Below are positions 13,978 to 25,496 of a stretch of DNA of 64,000 nt, piece by piece; position 1 is the first letter of the stretch; the number at the start of each line of letters is the position of its first letter. This stretch comes from Azolla caroliniana. Taxonomy: Eukaryota; Plantae; Polypodiophyta. Position numbers and translations under genes: made by a program. The stretch spans positions 28,334,001 through 28,398,000 of the forward strand of contig JBHGNT010000002.1 in the NCBI GenBank assembly GCA_043228905.1. The letters run 5' to 3'. The notes beneath the pieces are model-generated. The model was not told the DNA's origin. It made no database searches and saw only the letters and a program-made list of their open reading frames with translations.

Positions 13978-15968
13978 TGTTGTCGGGGTGGGGGGGTGAA
14001 GCCATTCTAGGCTTCACCCCCTGGCTTCACCCCCCTCCCAAGGGGATTATGATAGGGAGAGAACTAGAGAGAGAGAGACAAATAGAAAATGACACAAATG
14101 TGAGAGGCAAAAATGTATATATTCATTACATGCCCATAAGGGGTTTACATAATACATCCAATGTAACGGTTACATAACCGTTATAAATAAGACCATTACA
14201 CATTCTTGTACACATGCACAATTATGTGCATGTGTCCATACACATACTCATCCTCACACACTCATTTACTTTACACATACACATCAACCACATCATTACA
14301 CCTGCCCTTATGCCTCCCCGTATATTCTTACGGGTAACACATGGCACGTCTGTGGGACAGTGCATTGCACGGTGAACCCACTCACCATGGCAACTCTTCT
14401 CGACCAGAACTCCATCGATCGTCTCAACGGTCGGAAATCCCTCGACCGGATCACTGCTCTACGATCGATAACTTCCATCGGAGCTTTTCTTGACTCAAAC
14501 CTTCTCGTTCGGTCAACACAAGTCGCGATTGGATCATACGCCAATCGGCTAGTTCAATGTGGCACGGGTCGTGAAATCGTGTTGTGCGTTTTGTGTATTC
14601 TTTCTTTCACCATGTGAGTTGTGTTTTCGAAATTCCATAATTTGTACCACTTATTTTTTCGAAATTCTAGTTTTTACCCTCATGTTTTTAAATGTTTATT
14701 TTCTACCCTCCGTTTTCTGAAATTTTTTCTTCTGCACTCGAGCTTCTGAAATTCGATGGTATGCCCTCGAATTATTGAAAATTTCCTCTTTGCCCCCCTT
14801 TCTCTTTCTCTCTTTCTCTCTTGCTTTCTTGTTTTCTTGTTCTCCTCTCTGTTTGTCAATTTCGTTTTCTTCTTTATCTTCTTCATCGTCTTCTCTACTT
14901 GTTGCTTCTTCTCTTCTCTCTTTGTTGTTGTCTATTCTTCTTCTTCTCTTTCCTTCTAGTAGCAGCCACTGCCTCTTCCATTGTTTCAGCTTCTTCTTCC
15001 CCTTCTTGTTCTTCGTTTTTTCTCCTTCTTCTCCTTTTTTGTCTTTGTCCTCCTCTGATTTCTTCCTTTTCTATATGTTGCTTCTCTATCTTTCTCTTCT
15101 TCCATCGGTCATCTATGGCCATTTTCGTCCGTGGTCGTCCTTCTATCTCTGCCAGCCGTGATTGTCGAACACTCTCGACTCGATGATCGTCACCGTCTGT
15201 ACGGCCGACTCTATCGGCCGTTGGCTCGGCCGCCACTGTTCGGTAGTTGTTCGGACAGTAGGCTCTCGGTTCGGCCATGTCTTTCAGGATACCTATCGGA
15301 CTTCGGCCATCTTTTGGCAGCTTTCGGACTATCTTTCCAGCTCTGTAGCCGTCAATCATCGTTCATCCTCTCCGTCAGACGTCGACCGTATCTCGGTAGG
15401 CTCTTGCTTGACGTTGATCTCTCAACTGATTCTCAGCCCAATCATCTCTCGGCCATCACTTGGCCGTACTCTCGGCCGCACTTGTCGGTCGTACTCTCAG
15501 CCATGCGTCTCGGCCATATTCTCGCGCCGCCAGCTATCCCCGTGTGGTCGATTGTCCGAATGTCTCTATAGTCGTGGTTTTCTCCATCACCGCCGTCTCT
15601 CGGCCATCGTCATTCGTCGTCACTGTTCGTCTATCCGGCGGTCGGCTCTGTCCACTGGCTGTGTAGGTCTTTCTATGGCCGTCTCTTTCCTCGTCCTCCT
15701 CTTCTTGGTAGTCGGCTCTATGCTTGGTTGTGGTTCCTCACTCAAACCTAGAAAGTGTTGTTGGGGAAGGGGTTTATATAATACATCCAATGTAACGGTT
15801 ACATGACCGTTATAAATAAGATTGTTATGCATTCTTGTACACATGCACAATTATGTGCATGTGTCCATACACATACTCATCCTCAGACACTCATTTACTT
15901 TACACATACACATCAACCACATCGTTACACCTACCCTTATGCCTCCCCGTATATTCTTACGGGTAACA
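13978..15968. mobile_element. Small non-autonomous LTR element (1991 bp) in copia-B integrase
   Basis: Perfect 5-bp TSD ctccc (13973-13977 and 15969-15973); TGTTG..GTAACA direct repeats at 13978-14339 and 15756-15968; PBS-like tggcacgtctgtgggac at 14342; no pol motifs. Confidence 0.85.
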
Positions 15969-18306
15969 CTCCCGCCAAGACTCATGTTCTGTGTTGGTCC
16001 CCATACATCTAAATGTATCAAGTCAAGCTTATTTCGGCTCCGATTACACTTGTTGGGTAAAGGAAGTCGGTTTCCCTAGCTGGTAGGCTACACAAATTTG
16101 GGCCTTTCGACCATTGAATTTTGGCAATCTGAACACAACTTGTTTCGATTGCAGGTCCTGAAGCCTTTGGTAGTTGACGTGGCCTATCCGCTTATGCCAC
16201 AAGTCAATATCCGACTCGACTTTTTGTCCTTTTGTGAACATGGTGGTACCTACGTCATTGGTGTCGAGGATGAACATCCTCCCATCTCTACGCCCTTGTG
16301 CAATACCTTGGCCTTCTTCCTCGATGAAGCACTTGAGATGCGTGAACCGGACTTGCATCCCCTGGTCGACGATCTCTCCGACCGACACCAGATTCTTCGT
16401 AATTGTCGCGACGTGTAACACATTCATTACCTTCTGTTTTTTCCCGACGTGGCTGAGGGGAACTTCACCGACATGTACGATCGGATGCGAAGTGTCGTAT
16501 CCTATTGCGACTACTCTCGATTATTCCGGATTTTCCAGATATGAGAACCACTCTTTATGGTTCGTCATATGGTTTGACGCTCCGGAGTCAACATACCACA
16601 CTTTGTCTGATTTCGGGGTGGTCTTCTTCATCGAGTTCGCTTCGTGTCTTGTCACGAAGGCTGCCCCCTATTCGACTTTTTAGGATACTTCGCCGTAGTG
16701 TGTCCGCTGCCGATTTCCTTGTTTGGTTCGTCTGGATCCGGATCCGGTTTTCTCCAAATCGGCGCGCTTCTTCCAAGACTCGCTCTCCTTGTGGCCCTTC
16801 TTGCCACAATACTAGCATTCCACGGTGTGTTTCCCTTGCTGGTTCTTGTCCCCTCCTCGATTTCCGCTGCTTTCAGAGGGTCCGGAATTGTTGTCGGCAT
16901 CACCACAATGCCTTCTTCCTTGTTCCCGTCAGCCGCCTCCATTGCGCGCCGACTCATCTCGTCCGCCACGACCACGTAGCCTATTTCCCTCCGTTTACAA
17001 GATCTTGATGTCGGCATGCATACTCGTCGACGCACCCGCGTGATTCTCCTCTACAAGGAGCCTTGACTGCGAGTTGAAAAACAATGACGTATTCTCCCTT
17101 GTACAAATAGCAATTCGGAATGCTCCGAACTTCGACGCCAATCCTCCGAGGTAGATCTGCACCATTTCGCCCTCTCAACGTTCACATCGATGGAGGCAAG
17201 GGAATCGCAGATATCCTTTATCTTGGTGGTGTAGCCAACCACCGTCATGTCGCGTTGACGCACATTGCCCAACTCCTGTCGGAGTTGGAGCTGCCTGGTT
17301 GTGGTGCTTGCTGAGAAAATCTTTCTCAGATTTCCCCAAGCATCCTTCGGCGTTCTTGCATCCCGAATGTAGCTCAAGAGTTGTTTTCTCATACAGGACG
17401 CGAAGCAGTAGAGATTTCTGCTCATCGACTGTTCCCAGGCCAGGAAGTCTCTATGTGTCGATTTGGGTGCTGCATCATTCGCTCCATCGACATAGCTCCA
17501 GTATCCATTTCCTAGAAGGTACGGGTGCATCTTGTACGACCAGGATGCGTAATTACTTCTATCGAGCTTCTTAGTTGGAAGCGAACTTGCCATACCTCTA
17601 TCCTTTTTTTTTCTTTCTGATCTTCACCAAGGTTAGGTTTTCTTTTTTTTGTTTCGAGCTGAAGTCGGTTGCAGAGGTTCTCAACCCTCACGCTCTGATA
17701 CCATGTGAAATGTTACATGTGGAAGCTATACGAAACACAGAATACCGATAGAGAAAATAGGTTTAATGGAGAGCTTAAGACACAATGTATGCGGGAGAGA
17801 CAGAGAGAGAATGAACACACAAAAAAACTAAAAAATAAATAATGCGTGAAACTTTATACATAGGATGTGCTCAGAGAGCACTTTTATACAAGTCCATACG
17901 GACTGACAGAAGTACTAACACGTACTTCAATGCTCATAACTGAGCTCCTACACTAACTCCCAAATATATTCACTCGCGGAATATCGGTTCAACGGCCTCC
18001 CGGTTTCTACACCGCTACGGCCTCCCGTTGCGCACCCGGTTTACGCACCCAATCTATGCACTTGTTTACGCACCCAATGTTGAGCTTGTATCTCAACACA
18101 ACGAAGGAGCTAAGATGGGCCTACTGACCAGACAAGCTGACCAAGGAGGACAAGGTGCGTAGAACTAGACGAGTCGTGGGAAGCAGAACCGGACCGAACG
18201 AGGAACGTGAACAAGGCGGGAGGACGTCAGAAGGAGCCGTAGGAAAGGACTGGCCACTACAGACACTGACACCACGATCCGACCTCAAGTTGAGCTTGAG
18301 GGGGAG

Positions 18307-18780
18307 TGTTGAGCGAGCAAGCTCAACCGGATCCGGATCGGCTGAATAAGCCATAGTCAGATCGGTATCCGGAACGGAGAACCGGATCGGTGTCCGGATG
18401 ACATTCGGAACTAGGAGCCAGATCGGAGACCCGGATCGGATTGACACCAGTAGGCCGTTAGATGCCTACGGATCCAGCCTAGTACATAGGCATATTTTTG
18501 GGAGTCAGTGACAGTCGCTCGTGTGAGCATTGAAGTACCTGTCAGTACTTTTATCAGTCCTCTATGGACTTGTATAAAAGTGCTCTCTGAGCACATTTTA
18601 TGTATAGAGTTACAGAGTGTTATTTTTTAATAGAATTTTATGTTCTGACCTCTCTCTCTCTCTCTCTCTCCTGTGTATGCTTATTCTCTGTGTTAAGCTT
18701 CCATTAAACTTTCTTCTCTTTATTGTTACTATTCGGAAAGGAGCCGGTTTGGCATACGCTTCTGCACGCTAACTTTCACA
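18307..18780 (+). repeat. Copia-A right LTR
   Basis: Direct repeat of 5573-6042, preceded by the PPT. Confidence 0.92.
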
Positions 18781-21700
18781 ATAGTCTTGACAAGTATAGA
18801 ACTAGGTTTTATTGGTATATATAATATAATAACAATCTTCAATGCATATGACTTATTGTCAAGAATTTTGATGAATTAATATTCTTGGTCATTCTCCTTG
18901 CCAGTCAAAGTCCTCTCAATAACTTGTTTTGCAAAATGTTTTGAACTCATGGTAGGTAAGTATTGCAAGTCACAATGGCAATCAAAAGTAATTTGGACCT
19001 TCATTTTATGATCACAAACTTGTGGAAATCACCCTTTATTCTTGTTCTCCAAAATTTAGTCACCTCGGATGATGGTAATGGCTAGATTACATTGTGATAG
19101 CTATACATCTGCATGATTGTAAAGCATTTTGATGAACTTTGTCAATCATTTTTCTTTGTTTCTAGTGAAAGATTCCCAACTTGTTATTTGGAAAATGTAG
19201 TCACTTTGAGTGAGTAGGTAATAGGCCCCTAGGTGTGCATACTAACATTTGGGTTTCAACTACATATACTGTAGAACTTCATTTTCAGATAACTATGAAC
19301 TCATGCACATCTTTCTTTGTCCTTAATATCTAAATGTTGTCACCTCCAACATAGGTAGATATTAGGTTCCTTAAGGAACAAACGTAAGTGACAATATTCA
19401 ACAACATTGTAGAACATCTTGAGAATATTTTGTACTCAGGACCCAAGAATTTGTTTGGGCATGCAAGTGTATATGAGTTTCTCATGCTATGTTGAGCTTA
19501 TTTCTCAACCACAATAAGTGTTCGATACATGATGGTATAGATCTATTAATATTCCTAGAGCAATTACCATTTCATGTCAGTTATATTCAACAATTGTAAT
19601 TATGGTATTTGTTTTGCACATAATTAATGTTAATTATAACATTCAACATTTGTAATTAACAATGTGATTAATGTTCATTATAGTTAATGTTTATTACATT
19701 AGAACTAATTACAATATGAATCTCATTGCATAATCACATGGTTGATCACTCTAATTATGAGACTAAAGATGATAACATTAAATTTCTACTACCCTTATAT
19801 TTTTGTGAAATGCCCTTGAGTTATTCAATATTCCACCAAATGCCCCCATTTTTGCAACATTGCGTCCCACACATATAGCTCATGTCTTGTCTATTTTAAT
19901 ATTCTATAGATTTTGAGAAAAGAGTGGTATAATACACCACTTTGTTTAGAATGTCATGTACGCAAGGCACCTTAGATTAGAATCCAAGAATGTTCATATG
20001 TCAATTGATTTCGTCGTAATCGTATATCTGTATAAAATGTCATTTGTCAAAGATTGCAAGTTTTCATGTCATGCCAAAAGTGTAAAAATAAATCAGCATG
20101 TCATAAAAATAATTAAATAAGGCTAACAAATAAGGTTGGCAGTTAAATCAACTTGAAGACCTCCAAAATCTGCCCTTTACTATTTAGATAACATTATCTT
20201 AGGTACATCAATGACGACAATGGAATGACAATAGACCCTTTGAAATACATCACACATAATGCAAGAATAATTAACTCTTGGAAATATTTCTTTTCTTTGT
20301 GGCCATCATGTATAGTGCAATAATAATTAACTTAGAATAAGAGTGAGGAATCATCTTGTGATTAAGGGCACATCAATTATATCCTAATTTGGTATCTTTC
20401 ATAGCCACATAAAAATACATTAGCATCACCATGCCTACTTGTTTCTCCACAAACCACCCATTGTAGAAAAGTGTTTAGTTTACTATATTGAAGGCTTATA
20501 TATGCCACAAGTAATAAGGACACATGTGACACCGTCATAGGCCACTTCCTTATAATAACGTGTGATATGTTGTACATGGGCATTTGAAGAGGACGTTAAC
20601 AAATTTCATTGTCTAAGCCTAACATTTTAGTTCTAAGAGAACTTTTCAAGGAAACACACAACTAGGAAACTTACTTTCTATTGATTATGAATCAACTTGA
20701 CATAATTGCATTGTAAATAACCCTTAATTCATTCATGATCTCCACCATAAGACCTAGAGCTTATTTAACCAATCAGGTTACCTAGAATTATATCAATTGT
20801 GTTTCCATTCATGCACTTTAATAGATTGGGACACATAGAATTATGTCCACATTAGAATTGTGTCCAATACATGTACACACACATACGTACATTTAGCAGA
20901 TTGAAATTTTGTTTTTGAGTACACCATTAAAATTCAAGACCTTCATAACCAAAATCAGATGTTGCACATGGAATTTTCATTACGGTCTCATTACAAAACA
21001 ATGTAAATCTTACTATACAAAAATATAAAAACGGGCAACTTGGAGATAAAAACATTATTATATGTGGCATGTTGAATAGTGTTGTTTTTTCATCCAAATA
21101 TGATGTTTGTAAACTCTACACTTAAAATCAAGAGACCAAGGGTATAATAATGGGGAAACAAAGTTAACGATGAAGAGATATAGAGTATGTATAGTTATGT
21201 GGACCAATTACATAATTTTACAATCAACTAACGAAAATGAGCCACGATGTTTCTTGACTATGAGTAAATAAATGAATTCAATGGTTAGAAACCAGTTTTC
21301 AAGAGTACTAGGTGATTTTAACTCCAAAAGACCTCTATGTTGTTTTGAAATTAGTCATGTTTTGCCTTGATTTATAAGTTTACCAATCATGTTCATAACG
21401 TTTAAAATATAGAGTTTCTTCACGTGCTTTTTACATGTCTGTGCATTTGTACAAGGACTTTGAAACCTTTTGTTTTGAAGCAATCTTGAAATTTCACAAC
21501 TTTTCCTTTTAGACTAAATGTTACCAATTTGGTATGTAAACCTATAGCTTCTAACAAAGATAGCTTTCCAAATTTAATACAACCCTAAAGTATTTGACTA
21601 GAAAATAGTAGTTACCTAAGTTCATTGTTGGAGTCGAAGGTAGTGATGGATTTGAACAATGTCTAGTCTAGTGGAAAATTTAGATGTGGAAGATGGGATT

Positions 21701-22736
21701 ATTTCTAGAATTTGTCTTTCACGCTTGGTTTTGAGCATAGAGACATATCCACAAGTTGAAAGATAGGTAGCTTTGGGATATATGTTTCCGGAAATTTCAT
21801 GATATCAAATTTTCGTGAAATATCAAATAAGCAATACGATGTCACGATAAGTCAACCTAACGTAATCGTTTATCTCATGGAGGGAGTGAACTTAATTAAT
21901 GTTAATGGTGTATGATAATAATATATATATATGTTAATTGATTGTTGGTTTTATAGAATGTAAGCTGACCTATGCTAGAATAGTTAGATCGTGAATGAAC
22001 ATAGTAAGCAATGAGCACATGGAAATATGCTGAAAACCTTGCCATCTTTTTTATCCTCAAATCATATGATATTGGCCCCATTATTTCACTTTTAAGAATC
22101 TCTTAAAGAGACTATATAGGTTACATGGTTCAAATATTCTAAAATCATACATATGCAATTTCATATCACAACAATGGCATATAATAAGAGTGGATAAAAT
22201 ACATTCAATCACATAAAGATTGTATTTTATAAGATTCTATGAGATATATCTTAGGCGCCACCTGAATAGAGAAGTCATAATAAACTCACAAACTCAACTA
22301 ATTGACAAAACTTACTAGATATCATAAATAATATAGTGCAAGCTTGCTTGAATATCTAGGATGGATAGTAACCATGAGCTAGTTTGTAATTACACAGTGA
22401 CAAATTCATAAAAGCACCATTTATAGTATAGAAATTCCTCTCAAGGACGCTCTCAAAATTATGTACTCATTCCTTAAGCTTCAAAACTATATGATAATAC
22501 ACAAAGTCAAACCCCTAGAATGCTTAAATTGATATTGAATATCCATGTTATTTTCTACAATACATTCCTCCTACCTCTAATTGGATGTAGATATTCAAAG
22601 GCTAGTCCATGTGAGGTGCACGTCGTAATCTGAACATTGTGCACCTTAGCATAAATTCATTCAGTAATTTGCGGTGAGACAAGAACTCCTTGTGAGAATA
22701 ATATATTTGCGTCGTTTATCATGACCCAAACCTTCT

Positions 22737-22745
22737 CTATATAAT
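22737..22745 (+). promoter_or_regulatory. Putative TATA box of the SLAH gene
   Basis: ctatataat about 75 nt upstream of ATG 22817. Confidence 0.4.
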
Positions 22746-22816
22746 TAAGTTGTTGTCCAATGTACAATGTGGAAATCTAGAACAAAGCCCATCCTCAAGT
22801 ACATACACTAAGATAC

Positions 22817-25496
22817 ATGGAGGAAGGAAGCATTAATATTAACATAGAACATGGGAGCTTAGAAGATGTATATAGAGAGTTATCCTTCGAAGCCAACCTT
22901 TCCTCTTTAAGCTCTCAAGACAAGATTCCCCCTAATTGTGTCGTGGATGTTGAAAATTGTGACATTGTAGTTGGATCATCAAATATCAACAATATCCCTC
23001 TAAATATAGTTGATGTAACCAAGAAATCATATAAATTCAACTCAATCAAGCAAAAGAAGGGCAACTATGTGAAGAAACAAAAGTCATATTCACAACCTAA
23101 TCCTTATCATGCACATGATGATAAATTATATAGTACACATTCCGGCCCTTTGCCAAATATAGGCTCTAAGCCAAGCAATTATGATCTTAATAGTGGTGAT
23201 AATGAGGGATATGCTATCTTTAGGACAAAAGCACCATTGCTAGAGCGTCGCTTTTCTCGCCTTAATTCAAATCGTCGTGGTCGTCGTGTGGAAGCTGATG
23301 GCATTCGTGCTTCATCCTCATGCCCATTTGAACCCAATGCGGAGAGGTACTTTAGTGCACTTCAAGGACCAGAACTAGATGTATTGAAGGTAATATCCAT
23401 CCTTTCATGTAATCCCTCATGTTTTTTCAAAATGGGACTAATCATACCTAGGATGTTTGTACACCTTACTGACAACATAAAGCACAAATCCTAGTATCGA
23501 GTACATGTACAAGTTTCAATTCCAAACTATGCGGGGAAAGAAGTCTTCATTAAGCATTGAAATATTTGTTTAGACAACCACACACCTTGCAAGACACATG
23601 TGATATCATCTTGGAAAAAACATAGTGTTATCACAATTTGAGATATATTAGATTGCTCTAAGTAGGAAGCATGTAGATTCAACGAAAGTCCTTGTAAGAA
23701 GTGTCATGCATAATTGCATTCATATACTTATGCATTGGGGGATGGCTAATTTAGGTTCAAGTAGATGTTACCAAACCTTGTTGTATACCTTATTTACTAG
23801 AAGTATCTTAGTGAGGCTATTGTAGAACAATTGAGGATCTGGCCCTCACTAATTTGGAGTTGTTAATTTTAAAGTTACAAATCTTTTATCGAAAAAACAA
23901 CTTCGAAAGTTTTGGGGATTGTACACATCTTTTCTATTAGTCGAGAGAAAATCACTTGAAAATATTCCGAATGGTCAGAAGAGCTCCAAGATGGATGGAG
24001 GTCAACATTGTCCTTATGTAGAGATTCAGATTAGAATCGTTATAGACATGACTAGTAGGCATGGCATGGCATGGCTAGATTGAGATATTATTATAAACGT
24101 AGACATACAAAGCTCATGCTTCTTTCTGGTGATCTACAAACATGATGTTAGGAATCGGAGGATACATTGCTCTCGGTTGAGCAGACATGGCCATTCTTAT
24201 TGCGCTTCCCGATCGGATGCTTCGGTATCTGCCTCGGCCTCGCTAGCCAGTCCATCTTGTGGAAATCTCTTTCGACCACGTCGACAATGCTCTTCATGCA
24301 CATCCCGAGCTTCATCCATCTGACTCTATGGTGCTTAGCACTCCTCACATTCATATCAGTATTCTCGACATACGCACTCAAATGTCTCTTCTACTTCGAA
24401 GCTGTGCGGCGCGAGTTCTATCATCCGGTGCGAACGAATTTCTTCTTCGCGCCATGGATAGCATGCATGTTTCTGGCATTGGGGGCTCCTCCTCATGCCA
24501 TGGCTACAACCATACATAGCTACTTGTGGATTACAGTCATCACACCCGTCTTCGTACTGGAGCTCAAGATGTATGGACAATGGCTCTCGGGCGGTGAGGG
24601 CCGTCTCTCCGAGGTTGTGAACCCCTCGTCACAATTATCGCTCTTGGCAAATTTTGTGGGTGCTCTCCTGGCTGCTAGTGTGGATTGGATAGAGGTAGCC
24701 ACATTCTTCTGGGCTGTTGGCCTAGCACATTATGTGGTCTTGTTCGTTACTCTATACCAAAGGCTACCGACTGCCGCTGTGATTCCTAAGGATCTTCACC
24801 CAGTTTTCTTCTTATTTGTTGCTGCCCCGAGCTCAGCAAGTGTCGCGTGGGCGAAAATCGTTGGAGATTTTGACTTAGTGTCAAGAATTACCTACTTCAT
24901 TGGCTTGTTCCTTTACTTATCTCTGGTAAAATCTCTTTGTTACATATAGATATGTATGCATGTATGTGGATTTGTCTAGTTATTTCATTATATCCAAAAC
25001 CAAAACAAGTTTTGTTCTATTTGTAGGTCGTCCGAATCAACTTCTTTCGAGGCTTCAGGTAGATCTCAAAGCTTGGTTAAAGCTACATACATATAGTATA
25101 CTCTTACTTATTTAAGACAAGCATGTGAGGGAGATTAGTTGAGTTGGACCTCTGATTATTTGTTTCTTATACACCAAAATGAAATGGTTTTTCTCCAGGT
25201 TCTCTATCACGTGGTGGGCATATACTAGTCCAATGACTTCAGCTGCAATAGCCACAATCCAATACTCCCTCAAAGTTAAACATCATTTCACACAATTCAT
25301 GGCTTTAGTGCTCGCTTGCATATCATCCCTTACAGTGCTCTTGATTTGCATTCTAACCATTCTCCACATCTTTTACTGGCGTGATATGTTTCCTAATGAT
25401 GTAGCCATTGCAATCACTAATGAGCGCCGACAAAAGAAGTGGTCAGAGTTTGATCCAGAATTAAATACCACATCAGTATCTCTTGAAGAGGCTTGA
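22817..25496 (+). CDS. SLAH: S-type anion channel, SLAC1/SLAH family; exons 22817-23389, 24152-24925, 25027-25058, 25199-25496 (558 aa)
   Basis: All introns are GT..AG and phases join in frame (573+774+32+298=1677 nt). Family motifs: RYFSALQGPELD, WPFLLRFPIGCFGICLGL, VRREFYHPVRTNFFFAPW, YGQWLSGG, LFVTLYQRLP, LHPVFFLFVAAPS, VRINFFRGF, FPNDVAIAIT. Confidence 0.93.

Larger units (their letters stand above)
10590..17593 (-). pseudogene. Copia-B gag-pol, disrupted and split by two insertions
   Basis: MASSLPTKKLDRSNYASW (gag), LWHKRIGH, YTPEQSGVAE (INT), [12 protein letters not shown] (RT), YTYADWAG..ALSSTKGEY (RH). Confidence 0.92.
9952..18098 (-). mobile_element. Ty1/copia LTR retrotransposon B, nested antisense in A
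   Basis: LTRs 9952-10334 and 17704-18098; reverse-complement PBS gctctgatacca at 17692-17703; reverse-complement PPT ctccccctc at 10335-10343. Confidence 0.92.
5573..18780 (+). mobile_element. Ty1/copia LTR retrotransposon A (degenerate; hosts nested element B)
   Basis: LTRs 5573-6042 and 18307-18780 (TGTTG..TCACA), PBS tggtatcaga at 6043, PPT gagggggag before 18307, domain order gag-PR-INT-RT-RH. Confidence 0.92.

Noticed and set aside
14680-15850. Several overlapping 120-214 aa ORFs
   Set aside because: Low-complexity CTT- and GC-rich interior of the small LTR element; no recognisable domain.
22817-23494. Stand-alone 225-aa ORF
   Set aside because: It is SLAH exon 1 reading into the intron past the donor at 23390.
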